DNA of 32,000 nucleotides from Coprobacillaceae bacterium (GCA_963675515.1 OY776328.1:510001-542000); one strand, 5' to 3'; numbered from the stretch's first letter, positions 20,153 through 29,315 are shown. Program-made: numbers and translations. The notes: generated by a model not told the origin, from the sequence alone.

Positions 20153-21601
20153 TTGAACGAACAAGAAAGAGCTCCGATTTACGAAGCCTTAGTCGAACTA
20201 GAAGAAAACCGGATTGTTCCTTTTGATGTGCCGGGCCACAAACGGGGCAAGGGCAACAAGGAATTGCGCAAGCTGCTTGGCGAAAAGTGCCTGGAACTTG
20301 ATGTCAACTCGATGAAGCCGCTGGACAATCTTTGCCATCCCGTAAGCGTGATAAAAGAGGCTGAGGAACTGGCGGCCAAGGCATTCAAGGCCGGCCATGC
20401 ATTTTTCATGGTCAACGGAACGACCAGTGCGGTCCAGGCGATGATCATGTCCGTGGTGAAAAAGGGCGAAAAGATAATAATGCCTCGCAATGTCCACCGT
20501 TCGGCAATCAATGCCCTGATCGTCACCGGAGCGATTCCGGTCTATGTCAATCCCTCGACCAATGAACGCCTTGGGATATCACTGGGCATGCGAATCGAAG
20601 ATGTCAAGGATGCGATCGCCAAAAACCCCGAAGCCAAGGCGATCCTGGTCAACAATCCGACTTATTATGGCATCTGTTCCGACCTCAAGGAAATAACCCG
20701 ACTGGGCCACGAAGCGAATATGCAGGTCCTGGTCGACGAGGCTCATGGTACCCATTTCTACTTTGGCAAGGACATGCCGATAACGGCGATGGCGGCCGGA
20801 GCCGACTTTGCAGCGGTTTCGATGCACAAATCAGGCGGTTCCCTCACCCAGTCGAGCTTTCTGCTGACCGGGAAGAAAGTCAATCACGATTATGTCCGTC
20901 AGGTGATCAATCTTACCCAGACTACATCTGGCTCATACCTGCTGATGGTCTCGCTTGACATTTCCCGGCGCAACCTGGCTATCGACGGCAAGAAGATCTT
21001 CAAAAAGGTCCTGGGTCTGGCACAGTACGCCCGCGATGAGATCAATGAAATCGGAGACTATTACGCCTACTCGGCTGAGCTGATCAATGGCGATTCCATC
21101 TATGATTTCGACAAGACCAAGCTGGCAGTCAACACGCTTGATATCGGTCTGGCCGGAATCGAGGTGTATGACATCCTGCGTGACGAATATGACATCCAGA
21201 TCGAATTTGGTGATTTGGGCAATATCCTGGCTTACGTATCGGTCGGGGACAACCATAAGAACATCGAACGGCTTATCGGAGCATTAAGCGAGATCCGCCG
21301 TCGCTACAAACGCGACAAGAGCGGACTGTTCACCCATGAATACATATCGCCAAAGGTCATATGTTCACCCCAGGTGGCGTTCTACGGAGACAAGGAATCG
21401 GTGAAACTGGCGGACTCGATCGGCCGGGTTACCAGCGAATTCTGGATGGCTTACCCACCGGGGATCCCGATCCTGGCTCCAGGTGAGGAGATAACCCAAG
21501 AGATTATCAAATATATCGAATATTCAAAAGACAAGGGCTGTTCCCTGCTGGGGATGGAAGACATGAATCTTGAATATATCAATGTTATCAAGGAGGTCTG
21601 A
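20153..21601 (+). CDS. PLP-dependent AAT-fold basic amino acid decarboxylase (B. subtilis SpeA-like; Arg/Orn/Lys specificity unresolved)
   Basis: VPFDVPGHKRGKG, MPRNVHRS and SMHKSGGSLTQSS (PLP lysine) are collinear with B. subtilis SpeA. Probable TTG start at 20153, 7 nt after GGAGGA. The track GTG at 20126 overlaps speD. Confidence 0.88.
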   Translation: MNEQERAPIYEALVELEENRIVPFDVPGHKRGKGNKELRKLLGEKCLELDVNSMKPLDNLCHPVSVIKEAEELAAKAFKAGHAFFMVNGTTSAVQAMIMSVVKKGEKIIMPRNVHRSAINALIVTGAIPVYVNPSTNERLGISLGMRIEDVKDAIAKNPEAKAILVNNPTYYGICSDLKEITRLGHEANMQVLVDEAHGTHFYFGKDMPITAMAAGADFAAVSMHKSGGSLTQSSFLLTGKKVNHDYVRQVINLTQTTSGSYLLMVSLDISRRNLAIDGKKIFKKVLGLAQYARDEINEIGDYYAYSAELINGDSIYDFDKTKLAVNTLDIGLAGIEVYDILRDEYDIQIEFGDLGNILAYVSVGDNHKNIERLIGALSEIRRRYKRDKSGLFTHEYISPKVICSPQVAFYGDKESVKLADSIGRVTSEFWMAYPPGIPILAPGEEITQEIIKYIEYSKDKGCSLLGMEDMNLEYINVIKEV

Positions 21602-21603
21602 TT

Positions 21604-22485
21604 ATGGACTTTTGGTTCAGTGAAAAACACACTAAGAACGTCAAATTGTCAATCCGGGTAAATAAGCAGCTGCATTCATCGAAAAGCAAATACCAGCGGA
21701 TTGATGTGTTCGATTCATATGAATTCGGCCGCTTTTTGACGCTTGACGGCTACATGATGCTCACGGAAAAGGATGAGTTCATCTATCACGAGATGATTAC
21801 CCACGTCCCCATGGCAGTCCACCCTCATCCATCAAACATTCTTGTCATCGGTGCCGGGGATGGCGGGGTTGTCCGCGAACTGTGCAAATACGACATTGTC
21901 GAAAACATCGACCTGGTCGAGATCGACAAGAAAGTCATCGAGGTATGCAAGAAATATCTGCCCAAGACGGCGTCCAATTTCGACGACGAGCGGGTCAATA
22001 TCTACATCCAGGATGGATTGAAGTTCATCCGCAACAAGGAGAATATCTACGATATCATCATCGTCGATTCCACCGATCCTTTCGGTCCCGGTGAAGGTCT
22101 TTTCACCAAGGAATTCTATGGCAATTGCTACAAGGCATTGAAGGAAGATGGCATCATGGTCAACCAGCACGAATCACCTTTCTACAAGGAAGATGCCAAG
22201 GCGACAATCAGGGCGCACCGGCGCATCTATGAGTCGTTCGACCTGGCCCGGGTTTATCAGGCCCATATTCCAACCTATCCTTCAGGCCACTGGCTGTTTG
22301 GATTCGCTTCGAAAAAATACCATCCGGTCCGTTCTTTGGACAAGCAAAGGTGGCTGGATTTCAAGATAGAATGCCGGTATTACAATCCCAATCTGCATGT
22401 TGGCTCATTCGCTTTGCCAAACTATGTGGAATCATTATTGAAAAGTGTCGAAGATGACACAAAGAATCAGGAGGAAAAACAATGA
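21604..22485 (+). CDS. speE: Spermidine synthase-family aminopropyltransferase
   Basis: ...DEFIYHEMITHVP...VIGAGDGGVVRE...VDSTDPFGPGEGLF...IPTYPSGHW is the classic SpeE signature. Confidence 0.92.
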   Translation: MDFWFSEKHTKNVKLSIRVNKQLHSSKSKYQRIDVFDSYEFGRFLTLDGYMMLTEKDEFIYHEMITHVPMAVHPHPSNILVIGAGDGGVVRELCKYDIVENIDLVEIDKKVIEVCKKYLPKTASNFDDERVNIYIQDGLKFIRNKENIYDIIIVDSTDPFGPGEGLFTKEFYGNCYKALKEDGIMVNQHESPFYKEDAKATIRAHRRIYESFDLARVYQAHIPTYPSGHWLFGFASKKYHPVRSLDKQRWLDFKIECRYYNPNLHVGSFALPNYVESLLKSVEDDTKNQEEKQ

Positions 22486-23681
22486 AAGCTTTGATTATTG
22501 GAGCCGGCGGAGTAGCCGGTGTAGTGGTGGCGAAATGCTGCCAGAACAGTGATGTGTTCAGCGAAATCATGATCGCGTCAAGAACGATCGGCCGCTGCGA
22601 TGAACTTAAGGAAAAGAACCAGGATAAGACTCAAACCAAGATTTCCACAGCGAAAGTCGATGCCAACAATGTTCCTGAACTTGTCGCTTTGATGAACGAA
22701 TTCGAACCGGACATCTGCATCAATGTGGCCTTGCCATACCAGGATCTTACAATCATGGATGCATGTCTGGAATATGGTGTCGATTACCTGGACACTGCCA
22801 ACTACGAACCTGAGGACACGGCCAAATTCGAATACAAATGGCAATGGGCTTACAAGGACAAGTTCGAAAAAGCCGGTCTGACCGCCATCCTGGGATGCGG
22901 ATTCGATCCGGGTGTTACTGGTGTGTTCTCGGCTTACGCTTTGAAGCACTATTTCGACGAAATAAACTATATCGACATTCTTGACTGCAACGGCGGTGAC
23001 CATGGTTATCCGTTCGCGACCAACTTCAACCCTGAAATCAATATCCGCGAAGTTTCCGCAAAGGGAAGCTATTGGGAAAACGGTGAGTGGATTGAAACCG
23101 AACCGATGGAAATCAAAAAAGAGTATGATTTCGACCAGGTCGGTGTAAAGGATATGTACCTGCTTCATCATGAGGAACTCGAGTCACTTGGCATCAATAT
23201 TCCGGGAATCAAAAGAATCCGTTTCTTCATGACATTCGGCCAATCTTACCTGACCCACCTGAAATGTCTTGAAAACGTCGGGATGACTTCAATCGAACCG
23301 ATCATGTTCGAAGGCAAGGAAATCATTCCGCTGCAGTTCTTGAAAGCGGTCCTTCCTGATCCTGCTTCACTGGGACCACGGACAGTCGGTAAGACAAACA
23401 TCGGCTGCATCTACCAGGGTAAAAAGGACGGTAAGGAAGTAAAATACTACATCTACAACGTCTGCGACCACCAGGAAGCATACAGGGAAGTCGGTTCCCA
23501 GGCGGTTAGCTACACTACCGGTGTTCCAGCCATGATCGGAGCGATGATGGTCCTCAAGGGAATCTGGAAAAAACCAGGTGTCTTCAACGTTGAGGAGATG
23601 GATCCCGATCCATTCATGGAAAAATTGAACGAATGCGGTCTGCCATGGATTGAAAACTTCAATCCGGTACTGGTTGACTAA
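22482..23681 (+). CDS. Carboxy(nor)spermidine dehydrogenase/synthase (saccharopine dehydrogenase family)
   Basis: N-terminal Rossmann motif IIGAGGVAGVV. 399 aa. ...NVALPYQDL...LDTANYEP...GCGFDPGVT... is typical of CANSDH. The start overlaps the speE stop (ATGA). Confidence 0.88.
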   Translation: MKALIIGAGGVAGVVVAKCCQNSDVFSEIMIASRTIGRCDELKEKNQDKTQTKISTAKVDANNVPELVALMNEFEPDICINVALPYQDLTIMDACLEYGVDYLDTANYEPEDTAKFEYKWQWAYKDKFEKAGLTAILGCGFDPGVTGVFSAYALKHYFDEINYIDILDCNGGDHGYPFATNFNPEINIREVSAKGSYWENGEWIETEPMEIKKEYDFDQVGVKDMYLLHHEELESLGINIPGIKRIRFFMTFGQSYLTHLKCLENVGMTSIEPIMFEGKEIIPLQFLKAVLPDPASLGPRTVGKTNIGCIYQGKKDGKEVKYYIYNVCDHQEAYREVGSQAVSYTTGVPAMIGAMMVLKGIWKKPGVFNVEEMDPDPFMEKLNECGLPWIENFNPVLVD

Positions 23682-23682
23682 A

Positions 23683-24792
23683 ATGGCTGCAATCAAGACG
23701 CCTTGCTACGTTGTCAACAAGCAGCGCCTGATCAGAAATCTCGAGATACTAAAAAGTGTCAAGGATCTAACGGGCTGCAAAGTGCTGCTGGCTTCGAAGT
23801 GTTTCTCGATGTATTCACTCTATCCCCTTATCGGGAAATACCTTGATGGGGTCTGCGCCTCAGGGATCAATGAGGCCCGACTGGGTCGCGAAGAGATGGA
23901 CAAGGAAGTCCACACTTTCTCGCCGGCCTTCTATCCTGACGAGTTTGACGACATCGTCAGATATTCCAACGATATTGTCTTCAATTCTTACAGCCAATAC
24001 GAACGATACAAAGACCGGCTTACCCCTGGCATTTCAGTGGGTCTTCGGGTCAATCCGGAATGCTCGACCCAGGATCATGGAATCTATGACCCTTGCGCAA
24101 TCGGGTCAAGGCTGGGCCTTCTGGCGGAAACTCTTGAAGGCAAGGACATGAGCGGAATCGACGGACTTCACTTCCATACGCTATGCGAACAGGGCAGCGA
24201 GGATCTGGAAACGACATTGGTCGCTTTCGAGGAAAAGTTTGGCAAATACCTGCCGGATTTGAAGTGGATCAACTTCGGTGGCGGGCATCATATCACCAAA
24301 CCGGGATACAATATCGGATTGCTTGTCAAACTGGTTAAATACATCCAGGACAAGTACCAGGTTCAGGTCATTCTCGAGCCCGGTGAGGCAGTCGCACTGG
24401 ATGCCGGAGAGCTTTATGCCAGTGTCCTTGATTTCAACGAGAATCATGGGGTTGTCAATGCCATTCTTGACGCATCGGCCGCATGCCATATGCCCGATGT
24501 GATCGAAATGCCTTACCGGCCTCGGGTTGTCGGTGAGAATCCGGATGGAAAGTTCACCTACCGCTTTGGCGGGCCGACCTGCCTTGCGGGCGATATCATC
24601 TCCGACTACAGCTTCGACAAGCCGCTAAATATCGGTGACGTGGTCGTGTTTGAGGATATGGCAATCTACACGATGGTGAAAAACAATACTTTCAATGGCA
24701 TGAACCTGCCATCGATCTATATCGAGGATGGCGAAAACTTCGAACTGGTCAAGGAATTTGGCTACGAAGATTTCAAGTGCCGCTTATCATAA
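23683..24792 (+). CDS. nspC: Carboxy(nor)spermidine decarboxylase
   Basis: MAAIKTPCYVVNKQRL..., an alanine-racemase-fold PLP decarboxylase pattern (FGGGHH, EPGEA, GGPTCLAGD). ATG at 23683 lies 1 nt after the upstream stop. Confidence 0.88.
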   Translation: MAAIKTPCYVVNKQRLIRNLEILKSVKDLTGCKVLLASKCFSMYSLYPLIGKYLDGVCASGINEARLGREEMDKEVHTFSPAFYPDEFDDIVRYSNDIVFNSYSQYERYKDRLTPGISVGLRVNPECSTQDHGIYDPCAIGSRLGLLAETLEGKDMSGIDGLHFHTLCEQGSEDLETTLVAFEEKFGKYLPDLKWINFGGGHHITKPGYNIGLLVKLVKYIQDKYQVQVILEPGEAVALDAGELYASVLDFNENHGVVNAILDASAACHMPDVIEMPYRPRVVGENPDGKFTYRFGGPTCLAGDIISDYSFDKPLNIGDVVVFEDMAIYTMVKNNTFNGMNLPSIYIEDGENFELVKEFGYEDFKCRLS

Positions 24793-24796
24793 TGAC

Positions 24797-24831
24797 AAAC
24801 CTGTAGAAGTCCTTCTTTTACAGGTTTTTTT
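24797..24831 (+). terminator. Intrinsic terminator after nspC
   Basis: AAACCTGTA (24797-24805), 13-nt loop, TACAGGTTT (24819-24827), followed by a T-run. Confidence 0.7.
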
Positions 24832-24844
24832 CAAAGGAGGACTC

Positions 24845-25300
24845 ATGATTTTAACAACTTTGGCATATATCCAAAAAGACGATAAATACCTTATGCTCTA
24901 TCGTAACAAGAAGGAAAACGACATCAATGAAGGAAAGTTTGTCGGTATCGGCGGCAAGCTTGAAAAGGACGAATCACCCCGGGATGCATGCATCCGGGAG
25001 ATCAAGGAAGAGACAAACCTCGATGCAATCAATCCCGTATATCAGGGGATGATCACCTTTGTCAACGACATCTGCGAAACCGAACTGATATTCATCTATC
25101 TGGTCCAGGAATTTTCCGGTGAGATCCACGAATGCGACGAGGGCGAGCTCCACTGGATTGAAAAGGAGATGATTTTAAGTCTCAACCTCTGGGCGGGAGA
25201 TCGCTATTTTCTCGAACCGATCATCAACAACCAGGTAGACAAACCCATCGACTACAAATTCATCTACTCAAAGGATGAGCTTATCGAAGTCATCATGTAG
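24845..25300 (+). CDS. Nudix hydrolase (MutT/8-oxo-dGTPase-like)
   Basis: Nudix box GGKLEKDESPRDACIREIKEETNL. ATG at 24845 is preceded by AAAGGAGGA. The longer track ORF (24728) overlaps nspC and the terminator. Confidence 0.85.
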   Translation: MILTTLAYIQKDDKYLMLYRNKKENDINEGKFVGIGGKLEKDESPRDACIREIKEETNLDAINPVYQGMITFVNDICETELIFIYLVQEFSGEIHECDEGELHWIEKEMILSLNLWAGDRYFLEPIINNQVDKPIDYKFIYSKDELIEVIM

Positions 25301-25433
25301 TGAAAGCTTAATGACAATGGTTACCTAAATCCAATCATAACGCTTTCATGAAAACCAAAATATGCCGATTTACTCGTGATTTTTTGGACAAGTAAAAAAA
25401 CTGCGATATTTTCCCATTTATTATCCAAGTTGT

Positions 25434-25462
25434 TTGAATGTGCCTGAAGATTGTGTTAATAT
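25434..25462 (+). promoter_or_regulatory. Promoter of the transketolase genes
   Basis: TTGAAT (25434-25439), 17 nt, TGt-TAATAT (hexamer at 25457-25462). Confidence 0.55.
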
Positions 25463-25573
25463 ATTAAATGCCTTAGCACGGTAAAACAATTCTTACAGAA
25501 AATTCGGCGGACTGACTAAGAAAGATATCGGTGCTAACGGGATATTGTGGATATCAAAACAGAGGAGAAAAGA

Positions 25574-26401
25574 ATGGATAAGTTAGAATTACAAAAAATA
25601 GCTAATCAGATTCGTGCTGGTGCGATCAAATGTGTGCACTGTGCGAGTTCCGGGCATCCTGGAGGTTCGCTGTCAGCTGCGGACATATTAACTTATTTGT
25701 ATTTTGTGGAAATGAATATCGATCCAAAAAATCCAAAAATGGAGCAACGTGATCGTTTTGTCTTGTCGAAAGGACATATCACCCCTGGTTACTACGCGAC
25801 TTTGGCTAACCGTGGCTATTTCGATGTAGCTGAATTGGACACATTCAGAAAAGTTGGAACAAGACTGCAAGGTCACCCGGCGATGCAATATATCGAGGGT
25901 ATCGATATGTCGTCAGGTTCTCTTGGTCAAGGTCTTTCAACGGCAGTGGGAATGGCCAAGGCCTTCTCGATGGACAAGAAATCAAACAGAGTTTATGCGC
26001 TTTGTGGAGATGGAGAAATCCAGGAAGGTCAGATCTGGGAGGCGGCGATGTTTGCCGGTTCGAACCATCTCGACAACCTTACTGTGATTGTTGACAACAA
26101 CAACCTTCAAATCGATGGTACGATTGAAGAAGTCAATTCACCTTATCCAATTGATAAAAAATTCGAGGCTTTCAATTTCAATGTGATCAACATCGACGGT
26201 CATGATTTCGATTCGATTGCAGCTGGTTTCAAAGCTGCCCGTGATTTCAAAGGAAAACCGACTGTGATCATCGCCAAAACAGTAAAAGGAAAAGGCGTTT
26301 CCTTCATGGAAAACAATGTAGCTTGGCATGGCAGCGCACCAAATGATATGCAATGTGAGCTGGCTATCGCCGATTTGATGAAAGTTGAGGTGGAAAAATA
26401 A
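25574..26401 (+). CDS. Transketolase, N-terminal (TPP-binding) subunit
   Basis: ...SGHPGGSLSAADIL...SKGH...GSLGQGLS...CGDGEIQEGQIWEA... ATG at 25574 follows AGAGGAGAAAAG. Confidence 0.92.
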   Translation: MDKLELQKIANQIRAGAIKCVHCASSGHPGGSLSAADILTYLYFVEMNIDPKNPKMEQRDRFVLSKGHITPGYYATLANRGYFDVAELDTFRKVGTRLQGHPAMQYIEGIDMSSGSLGQGLSTAVGMAKAFSMDKKSNRVYALCGDGEIQEGQIWEAAMFAGSNHLDNLTVIVDNNNLQIDGTIEEVNSPYPIDKKFEAFNFNVINIDGHDFDSIAAGFKAARDFKGKPTVIIAKTVKGKGVSFMENNVAWHGSAPNDMQCELAIADLMKVEVEK

Positions 26402-27333
26402 TGGCAGATAAAATTGCGACAAGAATATCCTATGGTGAAACCCTGGTTGAACTTGGGAAAATCCATGATGATCTGGTAGTCCTGGATGCCGATCTGGCAG
26501 CCGCTACCAAGACTGAAATGTTCAAAAAGGCATTTCCTGATCGTTTCATCGACGTTGGTATCGCCGAAGCAAACCTGATGGGAATTGCCGCGGGTATGAG
26601 CACATGCGGTAAGGTTCCTTTCTGTTCGACTTTCGCGATGTTCGCGGCTGGTCGGGCTTTCGAACAAGTCCGCAACACAATCGGGTACCCTCACCTGAAC
26701 GTCAAAATCGGAGCTACCCATGCCGGAATCACTGTCGGTGAGGACGGGGCTTCACATCAATGTAACGAAGATCTGGCCCTTATGAGCACAATCCCGGGAA
26801 TGACGGTAATCGTACCTAGTGACGATATCGAAGCGAGAGCCGCGGTAAGAGCTGCTTATGAGACTTATGGTCCAATGTACCTGCGTTTCGGTCGGGCACC
26901 GGTGGATGTGATCAACGATTTTGAAGGATACAAATTCGAAATCGGAAAAGGTGTCAAACTCAAGGATGGTAAGGACATCACCATCATCGCGACAGGTATC
27001 TGCGTTGGCAACTCACTTGAAGCTGCCAAAATGCTTGAAGCCGATGGCCTGAGCGTCGAGGTGATCAATATCCACACGATCAAACCGCTGGATACAAACA
27101 TCATCATCGAGTCGGCCAAAAAGACAAACCGGGTCTTCACAGTGGAGGAGCATTCGGTGATCAACGGACTGGGATCTCAAGTGGCAAGCACACTTGGTGA
27201 AAACTACCCGGTAAAAGTAACCAAAATCGGGATGTACGATGTATTTGGAGAGTCAGGTCCGGCAGCCCAGCTTCTGGTCAAATACCAGCTTGATCCAAAA
27301 GGAATCTACAACCAGATCAAAGCAAAACTATAA
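26401..27333 (+). CDS. Transketolase, C-terminal (pyrimidine-binding) subunit
   Basis: ...TRISYGETLVELG...FIDVGIAEANLMGIAAG...THAGITVGEDGASHQ... The start overlaps the upstream stop (TAATG). Confidence 0.92.
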   Translation: MADKIATRISYGETLVELGKIHDDLVVLDADLAAATKTEMFKKAFPDRFIDVGIAEANLMGIAAGMSTCGKVPFCSTFAMFAAGRAFEQVRNTIGYPHLNVKIGATHAGITVGEDGASHQCNEDLALMSTIPGMTVIVPSDDIEARAAVRAAYETYGPMYLRFGRAPVDVINDFEGYKFEIGKGVKLKDGKDITIIATGICVGNSLEAAKMLEADGLSVEVINIHTIKPLDTNIIIESAKKTNRVFTVEEHSVINGLGSQVASTLGENYPVKVTKIGMYDVFGESGPAAQLLVKYQLDPKGIYNQIKAKL

Positions 27334-27337
27334 TATT

Positions 27338-27370
27338 AAAAAACACATCTTTTATCGAGATGTGTTTTTT
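27338..27370. terminator. Bidirectional intrinsic terminator between convergent tkt and anSME genes
   Basis: AAAAAACACATCT (27338-27350), loop TTTATCG, AGATGTGTTTTTT (27358-27370): a perfect 13-bp stem with A/T runs on both sides. Confidence 0.8.
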
Positions 27371-28490
27371 AGCGTTGACGTTCCTGCCAATAGTGCAGGA
27401 CTTCCCTGAGCTTTTCGAGCCGGTTGTCGAGGAAGTATTTGTAGGACTCGCAGAAATGGTTTTTCAACAGCTGGCCGTTGGCCTGTTCGATATTGCGGTA
27501 GCATCCTCCGCCACAGTACTTGAGGTACCGGCAGGAAAGGCATTCCTTGTTTATTTTCAGGGAACGTTCGATGAACTTCAGTTCTTTGCGCTTACTGTCG
27601 AATTCCTTGAAATTGCCGGTGTTGACATTGCCCAGCACCATCTCATCCAGGCAGTAGAAATCACAAGGATAGACGTTGCCGTTGGCCTCGACCACATAGT
27701 TTTTCGCACAGCCGATCTTATAGGTGCACAGCTCGTTTTTTATTCCGTTTTCGATCATCATCAGATTCTCGAAGTAGCGGATGAAAACATAGCGGTCGCT
27801 CATCATTTCCTGGTAATACTTGTCGAAAATGGCGACCAGGAAGTTCCCGTATTCGACAGGGTCGAGCGAGAAGGGGCTGCTGTTTTTTGGGGTGTTCAAA
27901 GGATCGAGGCATTCGATAAACTGGAGATAACGCAGATCATGCTTCATGAATGAGTCAAACATTTCCCCGGGGTGTTTGACATTTTCCTTGTTGACGACAC
28001 AAAGGATGTTGAATTCGATCTTGTAGCGCTTGAGCAGTGATATTGTTTCCATCACTCTTTCGAAGCTGCCTCGCTTATCGGGGTACACCCGGTAAAGGTC
28101 GTGGGTCGCCTCAAGCCCGTCAAGGGACAGCCCGACCATGAAGTTGTTTCTGGCCAAAAAGCGGCACCAGTTCCTGTCGATGGTTGTGCCATTGGTCTGG
28201 ATCGAATAGTTCACCGGGATGTTTTTGGTGTTGCGCAAAAAGACATAATAGACAAAGTGTTCGAAATATTCCAGCCCAGCCAATGTCGGTTCCCCGCCCT
28301 GGAAGGCGAAACTTATGGAATTGGTGGCCGACGTCAAGGCCAGGTCAATCAGGTTGGACATTGTTTCATTATCCATGAAACTGAAGTTTCCGGACTTGCG
28401 ATTCTCAAGTTCATCGAGATAGAAGCAATAGCTGCAGCGAAGATTGCAGCTGCCCGAAGCCGGTTTTATAAGCAGTGAAAGGTTTTGCAT
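27369..28490 (-). CDS. Anaerobic sulfatase-maturating enzyme (radical SAM/SPASM, anSME)
   Basis: MQNLSLLIKPASGSCNLRCSYCFY (CX3CX2C) and FAFQGGEPTLAGLEYF, with C-terminal Cys-rich SPASM clusters. Collinear with the Clostridium perfringens anSME as I recall it. A Cys-type sulfatase lies 2.3 kb away. Confidence 0.9.
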   Translation of the reverse strand: MQNLSLLIKPASGSCNLRCSYCFYLDELENRKSGNFSFMDNETMSNLIDLALTSATNSISFAFQGGEPTLAGLEYFEHFVYYVFLRNTKNIPVNYSIQTNGTTIDRNWCRFLARNNFMVGLSLDGLEATHDLYRVYPDKRGSFERVMETISLLKRYKIEFNILCVVNKENVKHPGEMFDSFMKHDLRYLQFIECLDPLNTPKNSSPFSLDPVEYGNFLVAIFDKYYQEMMSDRYVFIRYFENLMMIENGIKNELCTYKIGCAKNYVVEANGNVYPCDFYCLDEMVLGNVNTGNFKEFDSKRKELKFIERSLKINKECLSCRYLKYCGGGCYRNIEQANGQLLKNHFCESYKYFLDNRLEKLREVLHYWQERQR

Positions 28491-28491
28491 T

Positions 28492-29268
28492 CTATTTTCC
28501 TCCGTTGATCTTCGCCAGTTGCGAAACGAATATCTCGATAAAGACGTAACTTATGGCCTGGAGATCAAGAAAGGTCCCATACTGCATCAGATTGTGGGGC
28601 AGGGCGAAGTAGTAGTCGACATCGTTTTTGAACTTCAGGTCATCTGAGAAGGTGACTACCATGATTTTCACCTTTGTCTGTAAAATCTCATCGAAATAGC
28701 GGCTGTAAAAACCGGTGTTGTCATTGTTTGTGAAGATGATGATCATATCATCCTCACCCATCGGCCGGATTGTATCCATTATCAATGCGGTGTCGTCGAT
28801 GACATAGCCGATCTGGTTGAAGGTGTTCAAAACCCTAAAACAGAACTGCTTGGCAGCCAGACCGGCCTTGTTCAAACCGAAGACTTTGCGCTCTTTGGCG
28901 CCTGCCAGCGCCTGGCATGCCTTGATGATATTTTCAAGATCCAGGCTGTCATTTAGAGCCTCGATTGAGCTGATATATTTGGTGGTGATAATCCGGATCA
29001 GGTCGTCCTGACTGGTGGATGAATTGTCCATTGTGTTGTTGGAAATCAGGTAGCGGTTGATCTCGTAGCGCAGTTCGATATAGCCGTTGAAGCCGAGTTT
29101 CTTGGAAAAACGGATCAGACCCGCTTTCGAAGTGCCGATGCTTTTGGTTATTATCTCAATATCCTTGCGGCAGAAATGCCGGGGGTAGTTGATTATGTAA
29201 TTGGCTATTTTGAGCTCGTTGTTAGTGTATTTGTCAAAGCTTGCTTGAATAAGGTCTAGAATATCCAT
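28492..29268 (-). CDS. RpiR/MurR family transcriptional regulator (HTH_6 plus SIS phosphosugar-binding domain)
   Basis: N-terminus ...NNELKIANYIINYP...ITKSIGTSKAGLIRFSKKLGFNGY..., followed by a SIS-like domain. Its stop lies 1 nt before the anSME ATG, and the anSME RBS (GGAGG) is inside the rpiR 3' end. Confidence 0.88.
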   Translation of the reverse strand: MDILDLIQASFDKYTNNELKIANYIINYPRHFCRKDIEIITKSIGTSKAGLIRFSKKLGFNGYIELRYEINRYLISNNTMDNSSTSQDDLIRIITTKYISSIEALNDSLDLENIIKACQALAGAKERKVFGLNKAGLAAKQFCFRVLNTFNQIGYVIDDTALIMDTIRPMGEDDMIIIFTNNDNTGFYSRYFDEILQTKVKIMVVTFSDDLKFKNDVDYYFALPHNLMQYGTFLDLQAISYVFIEIFVSQLAKINGGK

Positions 29269-29286
29269 ATTTGATCCTCCGGATTG

Positions 29287-29315
29287 ATTATAACATATAA
29301 TAAAATATATTTCAA
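29287..29315 (-). promoter_or_regulatory. Promoter of rpiR-anSME
   Basis: On the minus strand: TTGAAA (29315-29310), 17 nt, TGt-TATAAT (hexamer at 29292-29287). Confidence 0.55.

Noticed and set aside
22578-23171. 197-aa minus-strand ORF inside the CANSDH gene. Similar antisense ORFs lie at 13969-14418, 14816-15232, 26200-26721 and 29634-30167.
   Set aside because: They are fully nested antisense to confidently identified genes and have no RBS or family resemblance.
25316-25328. AATGGTTACCTAA upstream of the transketolase genes, a 10/12 match to the AATGGTTAGGTA motif of the MarR-lon region. AAATGGTTGTAAA at 19083-19095 is also similar.
   Set aside because: The mismatches fall in the GG core, there is no CTAAC partner arm, and the site lies upstream of the predicted tkt promoter. 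AATGGTT also occurs inside the 16S. These are likely chance similarity.
27360-27953. 197-aa plus-strand ORF and 125-aa ORF (28101-28478) opposite the anSME gene
   Set aside because: They are antisense to a gene with clear radical-SAM/SPASM motifs, show no recognisable domain, and the first starts inside the bidirectional terminator.
27369-28490. The radical SAM/SPASM enzyme as a possible RiPP (peptide) maturase
   Set aside because: The N-terminus and overall layout match anaerobic sulfatase maturases. A CVPSR sulfatase is encoded in the divergent operon, and no small precursor-peptide ORF is adjacent.
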